Of a stretch of DNA of 50,085 nt, positions 1 through 8,641 are shown one piece after another. Location of the stretch: the sequence record SRR20825010_2634, one strand, 5' to 3'. A program made the position numbers and the translations under genes. Position 1 is the first letter of the stretch. Every line of letters starts with the position of its first letter. Below the pieces are notes generated by a model. It saw only the letters and a list, made by a program, of their open reading frames with translations. It made no database searches and was not told where the DNA came from.

Positions 1-1
1 G

Positions 2-175
2 GCCGATGGTGCGGTGAAGTTCATCACCGAGTCAATCGATGCCGGCAACTCAGGTGCTCCACCTGTTCGCTGGGACGGATGGGCGATCAATCCCGCCGGA
101 TCCCCCAGCCCGTATGGAATTTGGGGTGCGCTGGGCACACGTGCATCCAAAGAAGTGATCGATCAGGAATTCTGA
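2..175 (+). CDS. 3' end of DUF1559 (planctomycete prepilin-type, H-X9-DG) protein, partial
   Basis: Frame 2 reads ADGAVKFITESIDAGN...SPYGIWGALGTRASKEVIDQEF*, the typical DUF1559 C-terminus. Truncated by the window start. Confidence 0.85.
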   Translation, partial: ADGAVKFITESIDAGNSGAPPVRWDGWAINPAGSPSPYGIWGALGTRASKEVIDQEF

Positions 176-212
176 TCAACCCACGTCGATTGAGACGCAC
201 GAGTTAGAAATC

Positions 213-250
213 GAAGAGCCACCACGAACTCAATCCGTGGTGGCTCTTTT
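213..250. terminator. Intrinsic terminator, probably bidirectional
   Basis: 13-bp stem AAGAGCCACCACG / CGTGGTGGCTCTT with a 9-nt loop and a T run, between the convergent DUF1559 and hisN genes. Confidence 0.8.
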
Positions 251-387
251 CGTTCATCGATGAACGTATCAAAAGCGAACAACAGCGTTGAGCAGGCACT
301 CGTTGGACAAATGATCCATTGAGTCGACCCGGCGAAATTCGCCGGAGGTCGCTTGATCGTGACCCCTGACGCGTGGGTTGCGGTTGC

Positions 388-1215
388 TTACTTCTTCAGG
401 AGAGCCAAGACGGCATCGTGAAGGTGGCCGTTCGTTCCGACGCCATCTCCGCCACGCACCGTGTCGATTCCTTTCCACGATGTGAAACGCCCGCCCGCTT
501 CACTCATGATCGGAGCCATCGCCGCGACGTCCCATGCATTGCAGATCGGATCAACCATCAGGTCAGCACGACCGGTCGCGACCATTGCATAGCCATAACC
601 ATCACCCCAAGTTCGTGTTAGCCAGGTGTCTCGCTGCAGTGCTTCGAAGACATCCGTGTCACCGCGAGGTCCTTCCCCGCGATCGCCAAACGACTTCGCT
701 TCGCTGGTGACAAAGACGGCTTTCGACAAATCAGCTTGTTCCGAAACGCGAGCCTCACTCCACGTCTTCAGATCATCGCTGTGGAAGCAGCCGCCGCCCA
801 ATGCGGCCACCACGATTTGATCGGTTGCGGGAAGGTAAATGACTCCGCCGATCGGGGTCTCATCGCATTCCAACGCCAGCAGCGTGCTGTACAGTGGCAC
901 ACCACAGATAAACGATTTCGTTCCATCGATTGGATCGACGACCCAGCGATATCGGCTCGCCCCTTCGCTGTCGGCAAACTCTTCCCCCGCAATCGCATCG
1001 TCCGGAAATTGCTCCGCGACCAGTTTGCGAACCAATTGCTCGGCTTCGCGGTCAGCGATGGTCACCGGTGAATCGTCGGATTTGCGATCCACAGAAAGGG
1101 ATGGCTTTCCATAGTGAGTCAGCGTGTGCTGGCCAGCCTTCAATGCGATGTCAACCATCGCGGTCAACCGTCCGTCGTGTTCCGATTGCCACTGGGTGGG
1201 AGTCCAATCCGACAT
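388..1215 (-). CDS. hisN: Histidinol-phosphatase, inositol monophosphatase family
   Basis: KSDDSPVTIADREAE, GEE, WVVDPIDGTKSF, WGDGYGY and WDVAA motifs. Start taken at MSDWTP (1215) rather than the ORF-track start at 1314. Confidence 0.8.
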   Translation of the reverse strand: MSDWTPTQWQSEHDGRLTAMVDIALKAGQHTLTHYGKPSLSVDRKSDDSPVTIADREAEQLVRKLVAEQFPDDAIAGEEFADSEGASRYRWVVDPIDGTKSFICGVPLYSTLLALECDETPIGGVIYLPATDQIVVAALGGGCFHSDDLKTWSEARVSEQADLSKAVFVTSEAKSFGDRGEGPRGDTDVFEALQRDTWLTRTWGDGYGYAMVATGRADLMVDPICNAWDVAAMAPIMSEAGGRFTSWKGIDTVRGGDGVGTNGHLHDAVLALLKK

Positions 1216-1434
1216 GAGAAACCAAAGTTGCGAGTGAGGTGAAGAAACGGAATCTCGAAACGTCAATGACGTCCGTGGCCCGCAGTAGCGAGACATTCGA
1301 GTTCTCGCCAACAATCTAAATGAGCGAGCGAACGACGTACTACCCGGGTGGCTTCAATTCGGCGGGGACCTGTGTATGTTTGGCCCCAATCTCTGACTCT
1401 TCGAACTCTTTTTCATTGTGCTGGCGTTCTTTTC

Positions 1435-2376
1435 ATGGCCGAGAACATTTTCCGTGGTTGCATTCCCGCTCTGATGACCCCATGCACCGCCGATGGCGAG
1501 CCTATGTGGGATGTGTTGGTCAAAACCGGCCAGGACCTGATCGAGCGAGGCATGCAAGCGGTGGTCTATTGCGGTTCGATGGGCGATTGGCCACTGCTGA
1601 GCGATCAACAACGCCAACAAGGCGTGACAGAATTGGTCCGGGCTGGCGTTCCTGTGGTCGTTGGCACAGGAGCCCAAAATACAAAGTTGGCCGCTGAACA
1701 CGCCGCCCACGCGGCCACCGTCGGCGCAGCCGGGTTGATGGTCATCCCCCGAGTGCTTTCGCGAGGGACATCGCCACAGGCGCAGGCCAACCACTTCACG
1801 CGAGTTCTTTCGGCCGGAGAAGCATTGCCCGCGGTAATCTACAACAGCCCCTACTACGGATTTGAAACCAAAGCTGATTTGTTCTTCGCCCTTCGCGAAA
1901 AACATACGAATCTGGTCGGCTTCAAAGAATTCGGCGGTGCGGAATCATTGTCGTACGCTGCGGAACACATCACCAGTGGAGATGCCAACCTGACCCTGAT
2001 GGTCGGCGTCGACACGCAAGTCTTCCATGGCTTTGTTCGATGCGGTGCGGCCGGAGCGATCACGGGCGTCGGCAACGCGTTGCCAACCGAAATCTTGAAG
2101 TTGGTCGATCTTTGCCAGCGAGCGCAAAACGGCGACGTGAAAGCTCGCCGATTCGCAGCCGAACTCGAAAGTGCGTTGGCGGTTCTTTCCAAGTTTGACG
2201 ACGGCCCGGACTTGGTCCTGCACTACAAGTACTTGATGGTGCTGGAAGGCCACGCCGAGTACGAACATCACTTCAACAAGAACGATCAACTGAGTGACAG
2301 CCAACGCGAATTTCTCCATGACCAATGGCGGCTGTTCCGCACATGGTGGTCAAATTGGCCGGGCAAAGATGCTTGA
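1435..2376 (+). CDS. Dihydrodipicolinate synthase family protein, resembling 1-pyrroline-4-hydroxy-2-carboxylate deaminase (LhpC type)
   Basis: IPALMTP, YCGSMGDW, VIYNSPYY and GFKEFGG (Schiff-base Lys). Start at MAENIF (1435). Confidence 0.8.
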   Translation: MAENIFRGCIPALMTPCTADGEPMWDVLVKTGQDLIERGMQAVVYCGSMGDWPLLSDQQRQQGVTELVRAGVPVVVGTGAQNTKLAAEHAAHAATVGAAGLMVIPRVLSRGTSPQAQANHFTRVLSAGEALPAVIYNSPYYGFETKADLFFALREKHTNLVGFKEFGGAESLSYAAEHITSGDANLTLMVGVDTQVFHGFVRCGAAGAITGVGNALPTEILKLVDLCQRAQNGDVKARRFAAELESALAVLSKFDDGPDLVLHYKYLMVLEGHAEYEHHFNKNDQLSDSQREFLHDQWRLFRTWWSNWPGKDA

Positions 2377-2419
2377 TTGAATCAGATTCGCAAACCCAGA
2401 ATCGCACACGCGGCTGATG

Positions 2420-4273
2420 CTAGCGAAGTGACGCAGGATCAGCGTCCGCATTCGAAAACGCGGCAGCTTCATTGCTGGCATGCTGCGAGCCTTGCAACAT
2501 TTCGTCAGTCAGATCCAACACCACGACCTGTTCCTCCACCGACAAATTGTCACGCGAACGAACAGTCAGACGAATCTGATATCGCCCGGCGTCGATTTCC
2601 GCAGGAAGATGAAATTGCAATTCGCGTTTCTGGCCGGGAGCCAACCAGCGGCCGAAGCCGTCCAACAACCGGTGAGGACGTGAACCATCGTCACGTCCCA
2701 ACAGCAATTCACCTTGGATCGGCGCGTAGCCTTCGCCTTCGTTGGCGACTTCAATCACGAACGCGTTCCCGTCGGTCAGGTTTGCCCACTGCAATGGTCC
2801 GGCCGCGACGGTCAATTGCGGCCGTTGTTGATGAACCAATTCAAGAGGCAATGAGGTTGCGGACTCAACGTCGTTTGGCGATTTGAGGTTCCGGCGAATG
2901 ATGTCCAACGTTCCCCACTGCGACGATTCTTTGGACACACCTCGCAGCAAGGCACGGATGGTTTTGGATCGACCGGCGTCCAATTCAAACTTGGTGCTCG
3001 ACAACATCAGACGACTCATCGGGTCGCCGAGATGATCGCGAGGAACCAAATGAATCAACTGGTCATCGTCGCTGTTGTTCTTCACTTCCAAAGTCACCAT
3101 TCGTTGTGTCCCTTCGACACGCCCCAGTTCGATCTGTGCTGGTTCCAATGTCACACCGGGGCCTAAGTTGGCGATGCGAGTGTCCAAAGCTCGAAAGGAA
3201 TTCACCAGCAACGTCTGTGGGAACGTCCGCTCCAACATCGTTCGACGGCCGTTGCTGACCATCAAATTCAAATCGTATCGTCCATCAATCAACGACGTCT
3301 CCAGCGGAGCCTCCAAACGCAGGCGAGCGTTGGGCATCATGCGGACCAAATACTTCTCGTCATCGTCCAGGTTGGCCCGCGAAGGCATGAACAATGCGAT
3401 CGGATCGGACGAGCGAGACTTCGATGCATTGGCGGATTCTTTGTGCGACAGCTCCGCTCGAACACGACACTCCAGTGCAAAGTTACTTGGGTTTTTGACG
3501 TAAGCGCGGATGTACGGCATGCCTTCGTGCGAGACGACTTGAGCGTCTTCGATTTCCATCTGCTCAATGCTGCTCAGGTTTGTCAGACCCGTTTCAACGT
3601 CCACGCGAAGAACATACTGCGTGACGTAGCGGATGGCGGCTCGCGTTTGACCTCCGATGGCATCGTCCTCCGTCGGTTCGTCGACCATTCCCTCATCGCG
3701 AACCAACAACCCAAACGACAAATAGTTTGTCTTCGCCAGCGGGATCGTCACCGTCCCCTTTAGTTCCACCGTTTCGCCCGCATTCAAGGTGAACCGGGTC
3801 GGAGTCGTGAACTTCACGCCTTCCATCGGCGGGCTGTGTTCATCATGCAAGATGATACCGGACTCCTCCTGTCGCAATTGAATCGGCGACACATCAATCT
3901 GCATCGTCTTGCCCGTCGATGTGACCGTGAACGAGAAAGGGATCACCTCTCCGCGGCGTCCCTTGAACCGTTGCACGACTGGCTCAATTCGAAACGCTTG
4001 TTCGACTCGTTGTTCGATGCTCACCCGACGACCGTCGCGAGCGTCGATGGCCCCCGTCCGAACTCCGGGTGTTTGAGCTTGTACAACATTCGACATCATC
4101 ATCGATGCCAAACAAGCAAGCATCCAAATTCGTACGCGACGGGAGCGAACACACGCTGGCGAAGCGTTGTCTCGTTCCGCGTTGTACTCAAGAGGCTGTT
4201 GAATGAAACGCATCGTTGGCTGGATAAGAGCAAGTGTTTTCATCGAAGAGGTTGTCCGAGAGAAGAGCGTCAA
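2420..4273 (-). CDS. Exported protein with four predicted Ig-like domains, resembling a tandem PapD/DUF916-type pilus chaperone
   Basis: Signal-like segment MLACLASMMMSNVVQA-Q. Duplicated modules FRIEP..FTLNAGETVEL / VTLEP..FELDAGRSKTI and YVKNPSN..GRYDLNL / EVANEGE..GRYQIRL. True start uncertain, likely downstream of 4273. Confidence 0.6.
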   Translation of the reverse strand: MTLFSRTTSSMKTLALIQPTMRFIQQPLEYNAERDNASPACVRSRRVRIWMLACLASMMMSNVVQAQTPGVRTGAIDARDGRRVSIEQRVEQAFRIEPVVQRFKGRRGEVIPFSFTVTSTGKTMQIDVSPIQLRQEESGIILHDEHSPPMEGVKFTTPTRFTLNAGETVELKGTVTIPLAKTNYLSFGLLVRDEGMVDEPTEDDAIGGQTRAAIRYVTQYVLRVDVETGLTNLSSIEQMEIEDAQVVSHEGMPYIRAYVKNPSNFALECRVRAELSHKESANASKSRSSDPIALFMPSRANLDDDEKYLVRMMPNARLRLEAPLETSLIDGRYDLNLMVSNGRRTMLERTFPQTLLVNSFRALDTRIANLGPGVTLEPAQIELGRVEGTQRMVTLEVKNNSDDDQLIHLVPRDHLGDPMSRLMLSSTKFELDAGRSKTIRALLRGVSKESSQWGTLDIIRRNLKSPNDVESATSLPLELVHQQRPQLTVAAGPLQWANLTDGNAFVIEVANEGEGYAPIQGELLLGRDDGSRPHRLLDGFGRWLAPGQKRELQFHLPAEIDAGRYQIRLTVRSRDNLSVEEQVVVLDLTDEMLQGSQHASNEAAAFSNADADPASLR

Positions 4274-4317
4274 TGCTGAGTCGAAAGTTCACGCGGCATC
4301 GCGATCAGCACGCGAAA

Positions 4318-5841
4318 TTATCCACCCGAGGTGATGAATGCGCTGCCGGTCGATCGAACGATTCTTGGTGAGATAAAAATCACCACTTCCGCGTCGCGCG
4401 TTTGCCGCTGGGTCGTTTGAAAAAGGTAGCCCACTCCGGGCAGTCGACTCAGTCCTGGAATGCGATTGACTCGATCGACCGTCTCTCTTTGGACCAATCC
4501 ACCAATGACAATGGTTTTGCCGTCTTTGACACTGACCGTTGTGGAAACACTTCGGCGGTTGATGATCGGGAACTGATTGATTGACAGAGCCGGGGTTGCA
4601 TTTCGAACATCCTCACTGACTTCCGCTTTCTCGATATCGATCGTCACTTCGTCACCACGTATGTGTGGTGTGATGTCCAACATGATTCCGGCATCGACCT
4701 TTTGAATGTTCTGTTGAAAGAAAACCGAGTTGTTGCCGGTCGATCCCGGTGGTTGCACACTGAAGAACGTTTCGCGATTGATCGCGATGTTGGCTTGCTC
4801 GCCATCCTTGGCCATCACGTGTGGTGTCGCGCGGATGGTCAAGTAGCCTTTTTCGGAAAGCAATCGAACGAACGCGGAAGTGTTTCCAAAATCAGAGAAG
4901 ATCGCATCCAAACCGGCTTGCGAAAGTTCACCGTTCAACGCCAAACCAGACGCGCTGAGAGAGAGTTCCTTGACGCCGTCCATCTCGACCGCGTGTTGCC
5001 AATCCAACCCAAACTGAAAACCAGAGTCCGGCGACACCACACAAATGATTGCTTCCAACACCACCTGCGGAATCGGTTGATCGATGTTTTGAAAACGTGA
5101 CACGATGTCGTTAGCGATTCGCGGTGGTGCTTCGACCAACATTGTTTTGGCTTGCTCGATCACCGTCACGTATTGCAACCAAGACTCAGGTACGGTTTCC
5201 AACAACGTGTTTGGATCCATGTGCAGAGGTTGATACTGGGTCTTGATCGACACCATCGCGAAAAGTGGCGAGGCGGGATCGGGCGGCGCGACAATCAATT
5301 GTTTGCCGCGGCGGGACGATGCCAATCCCAACGGCAGCAAGACCTTTTCAACCGCTTCATCGACGGTCAGATCATTGATTTGTGCGTTGACAATTCCGGC
5401 TACGTTGTCGTCCAACACCAAATCCAAGTTGGCGTCGGTGGCCAACAACGTCAGCACTTCGCGAACATCAGTCTCGATGAATTCCTCATTGATCAAGTAG
5501 TCCTCGTCGTAGTTGACGCGAGCGATCTGCGACGATCGAGCCTGCGAGATTGGGATCAGTTCCAATGGAATGATCTCTTCCTGAGGCGTTTGGCTGAATC
5601 CATCAATCGAATGTTCCTCTTCGATGATCACGGTGTCGCCGTGATCAACCATCACGCCGTCAACGACGACAGAGTGATCGTGAACGTTTCCGATCATTTC
5701 CGGATCGCCGCCAGTGGCCGCGTTGGACTGATCCAATGATTGCTGGATCAATTCATCGATGGAGGTTCGATGGTAATCTGGCCGGTAGGCACACCCCACC
5801 AACGAGAAGAAAAAGCAGATCAACCCCAGCATTCTTTTCAT
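4318..5841 (-). CDS. Secretin (GspD/PilQ superfamily), predicted lipoprotein
   Basis: DVREVLTLLA (N0/STN), IDQPIPQVVLEAII, ATPHVMAKDGEQANI, GIMLDITPHI, VKDGKTIVIGGL, IPGLSRLPGVGYLF, VIFISPRIV. Lipobox MKRMLGLICFFFSLVG-C from 5841. Confidence 0.9.
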   Translation of the reverse strand: MKRMLGLICFFFSLVGCAYRPDYHRTSIDELIQQSLDQSNAATGGDPEMIGNVHDHSVVVDGVMVDHGDTVIIEEEHSIDGFSQTPQEEIIPLELIPISQARSSQIARVNYDEDYLINEEFIETDVREVLTLLATDANLDLVLDDNVAGIVNAQINDLTVDEAVEKVLLPLGLASSRRGKQLIVAPPDPASPLFAMVSIKTQYQPLHMDPNTLLETVPESWLQYVTVIEQAKTMLVEAPPRIANDIVSRFQNIDQPIPQVVLEAIICVVSPDSGFQFGLDWQHAVEMDGVKELSLSASGLALNGELSQAGLDAIFSDFGNTSAFVRLLSEKGYLTIRATPHVMAKDGEQANIAINRETFFSVQPPGSTGNNSVFFQQNIQKVDAGIMLDITPHIRGDEVTIDIEKAEVSEDVRNATPALSINQFPIINRRSVSTTVSVKDGKTIVIGGLVQRETVDRVNRIPGLSRLPGVGYLFQTTQRQTRDAEVVIFISPRIVRSTGSAFITSGG

Positions 5842-6091
5842 TCGAATGCAGAGCATCCGAGGGATCGGCTTCGGGCAAATCAAAAACAGCAACGATGCAT
5901 CTCATGTGGGCAAAGAAGCGAAACGAGATGTTTCACTGATCGTTGCTGTTAGTGGTTGTACAGTTGTACGCCCACCCCGATTCCTGAAGCGGTTGCGATT
6001 TACCACCGTAAAAAGCGTCATCAAATCGATCGTTCACGATCGTGACTCGTGCCAGCGTTCAGTAGCGTTGGGGCGGGAAACTACTGAGCAT

Positions 6092-6132
6092 CAATGCAGA
6101 CGGCCCGTGATTTCTCACGGGCCGTCGCATTG
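6092..6132. promoter_or_regulatory. Strong intercistronic stem-loop between pilin-like gene and secretin
   Basis: CAATGC-A-GACGGCCCGTGA-TTTC-TCACGGGCCGTC-GCATTG: a 12-bp perfect stem extended by 6 bp, without a clear U-tract. Confidence 0.7.
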
Positions 6133-6310
6133 TCGAGTTGTTGATCAAAGAAGTGCCGCAATCAGTTCAACGGGGCACTGTTGAACCAGGGGCAAATCAT
6201 GCGGTTTTCCAGATCGCGGTGACGTGGGCAGGTCACCGCTTTCAACTCGTGGGGATGGAATGAGTTCGCGAAAAACGAATCATCCAGGGGGCATCGTTAC
6301 TGATGACGGA

Positions 6311-6832
6311 TCAAAGAGCCGTGATCGTACCCGTCACGGTTGTCTCGTAAGTTCCCGCGGCGAATGAGCCGAACGTGCCAGTGATGAACTCGACAGACAA
6401 GTCCAACGTTGCATTCGAGACACCGTCACTGACGGCGGAAACGGTTGCGATGTTGACCGAGTTGGCATAGTCCGTTTGGCCGGTGGCCTGCGAGATCGAG
6501 AACGATCCCGGACCGGTTTGGCTGTTGATGGACAATCCCAATTTCGCATCTCGTTTGAAGTTGGGATCAGCTGTGTTCACAAACGGACCATTCGTCGCGA
6601 AAGAAACGCTCACACCGTTTTGGCTGTTGCCAATCACGTTCCACGGTTGCGCCGTGAAGGTTTGGTTGGCGTGAGTTTCATCGTGAGTCAGGACCGCGTC
6701 GGCAGGAGCCGTCACGCTCATCGCGACCGATACGTTCGCGGTGAATTTTTGTGAGTCCGTTGTGTCGGCGAACAATGTCGAGACGGAACCAGCGGACAAA
6801 AGGGCAGTCAGGGCAAGGGCAATTTTTTTCAT
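6311..6832 (-). CDS. Exported 173-aa beta-rich protein, Csu/SCPU-like fimbrial subunit candidate
   Basis: Sec signal MKKIALALTALLSAGSVSTLFA, Thr/Ser/Ala/Gly-rich mature part, N-terminal alternating strand FTANVSV and C-terminal AAGTYETTVTGTI. Start at 6832. Confidence 0.65.
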   Translation of the reverse strand: MKKIALALTALLSAGSVSTLFADTTDSQKFTANVSVAMSVTAPADAVLTHDETHANQTFTAQPWNVIGNSQNGVSVSFATNGPFVNTADPNFKRDAKLGLSINSQTGPGSFSISQATGQTDYANSVNIATVSAVSDGVSNATLDLSVEFITGTFGSFAAGTYETTVTGTITAL

Positions 6833-7206
6833 CGGTTTAAAATCATTCTTGGAGCAAAGTGGGCAATCTAGGAGCATGTCAATTCGAATCGCGAATCCAG
6901 ACTTCCGTGGGCAACCCACCGTCATTCGAAACAAGTTTCTCATGTTGGCCGGGTGGGTTCGTTCCGAAGTCCGCCATTCGTTTTGACACCGAAACGTAAG
7001 CTGCGTTTTTGCGTTCGGTCGCGCGGACAAATCAATTTTCATTCTCTGGCGAATAAAAACCGTTTGAAAAGTTCAGGCTAGAACCTGCTCAATGTTCAGA
7101 CGCTCCGCAGATTGGTCTGGTCTTGAACGCTTTCGATGCACTATGGAAGAGGCAACACTTACAAAATTCACCTTGTGAGCACGTACCCGGCAGGGGAGTT
7201 ACCGCC

Positions 7207-8562
7207 GTGCAGACTTTGAAAACAGCCGCCATTGTCGTACTCATGACGACGGTCCTTTACGGGGCCTGGATTTCGATGACGACGCCGCCAGATGCATTGC
7301 CGCCTGAAGTGGCGCGGGACCTCATCGTGGACGCCGATACTTTTGATATCAGCGATGGGATTCCTGAAGCCTTAGGCTCCCTCGACCCCCTCTCGGAGTT
7401 CGGGATTGATGACGGAACGGCGGCGGGTGCAGACTCATACGCTCAATCCGATGTCGGACTGAACGATCCAGCAAACGGCGGGTTCGAAGACTTGGACTCG
7501 GCCCTCGATGGCCCCGACTTCGATGCCGGACTCGACGCACCATCCGATCCGATGTCGATGGATTCCGTCAATCGAAGCTTTGCCGATATCCCGTCGCAAC
7601 CAGCTTCGGCGACGGACAACTTGGGTACGGAATCAAGTTCGTTCTCAATGTCTGATTTGGATTCGCCCGCCGCTGATATGCAAGCAAGCCGTTTGCCTGA
7701 GGTGACGCCTGGTTCAAGCACACCGATTCAACTGAATCCAAACCAAGAATACACGTCGACCGGAGCGACCTACCAGTCGCCAGATCCGAACACCGCGATT
7801 GCGTCGGTGAAGCCGTCCAAACAATCGACACCCGATGTGGTTGCGACTGAATCCAATGCGATCGCTTCGGCCGGTTTGAGCAACGCGATTGCGACCGCCG
7901 ATCGGCAGTATCATTCCGATCGTCGACGAGAAGCATTGGCAACGCTCAGCCTGTTCTACGAAACACCCAATTTGACAAGCGAGCAACGCGACGAATTGCT
8001 CAGTCGTCTTGACCCATTGGCCGCCGAAGTCATTTATTCGGCCGAGCATTTGTTGGCAGAACCGCACCGCGTGGGTCCCAACGAAACACTGATGGACATC
8101 GCGAAAAAGTATGAAGTGCCGTGGCAATTGCTGGCCAATATCAACGGAGTTGATGATCCAGTCACAATTTTGCCGGGCACCGATTTGAAGGTCGTTCGCG
8201 GCCCATTTCGTGGCGACATTGATCTGAAGTACCAAGAACTGACTTTGTTCCTGGGTGACTTGTACGCCGGACGATTCAAGATTGCCGTTGGAAACGATCC
8301 GGCTCCTAAACCTGGTTCGTACACCATCCAAGAAAAGCAATCCGCGAAGACTTACTACGACATGTCAGGCACACCGATCCCGCCCGGCAACCCACGCAAC
8401 CCATACGGGTCGATGTGGATCGATTTGGGATCCGGTTTGAGCATCCACGGAAGTCCCGATGCGAACGCTCCGACCGACAAGGGCTGCATCAGCCTGGCCG
8501 GCAATTATTCGCGTGACGTGTTTGGCATTCTGTCCGAAGGATCGTCGGTCACGATCCGCTAG
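7207..8562 (+). CDS. Membrane-anchored LysM + YkuD L,D-transpeptidase family protein
   Basis: N-terminal TM, acidic low-complexity linker, LysM (HRVGPNETLMDIAKKYEVPWQLLANIN) and YkuD (IAVG..GSYTI..NPYGSMWI..SIHGS..KGCISL). GTG start at 7207 follows GGGGAG. Confidence 0.85.
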   Translation: MQTLKTAAIVVLMTTVLYGAWISMTTPPDALPPEVARDLIVDADTFDISDGIPEALGSLDPLSEFGIDDGTAAGADSYAQSDVGLNDPANGGFEDLDSALDGPDFDAGLDAPSDPMSMDSVNRSFADIPSQPASATDNLGTESSSFSMSDLDSPAADMQASRLPEVTPGSSTPIQLNPNQEYTSTGATYQSPDPNTAIASVKPSKQSTPDVVATESNAIASAGLSNAIATADRQYHSDRRREALATLSLFYETPNLTSEQRDELLSRLDPLAAEVIYSAEHLLAEPHRVGPNETLMDIAKKYEVPWQLLANINGVDDPVTILPGTDLKVVRGPFRGDIDLKYQELTLFLGDLYAGRFKIAVGNDPAPKPGSYTIQEKQSAKTYYDMSGTPIPPGNPRNPYGSMWIDLGSGLSIHGSPDANAPTDKGCISLAGNYSRDVFGILSEGSSVTIR

Positions 8563-8641
8563 TGATCCGGGGCGACGCCACTTAGAAACACTCGAAGCGT
8601 CGCTCGGCCAAAACCCGAGCGACACCGGGTTTTCGAGACAT

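Noticed and set aside
2-5841. DUF1559 prepilin-type gene as substrate of the nearby secretin
   Set aside because: Opposite strand, separated by a terminator and two metabolic genes. DUF1559 genes are abundant in planctomycetes, so proximity is weak evidence.
6040-6056. Sigma54 promoter for the secretin (minus-strand TGGCACG)
   Set aside because: The -12 position reads GA, not GC.
6833-7206. N-terminal ORF extensions of the pilin-like gene and the transpeptidase (similarly hisN, degP, DHS, SppA, Wzy)
   Set aside because: The extensions precede clear signal peptides or conserved starts and would fill promoter regions.
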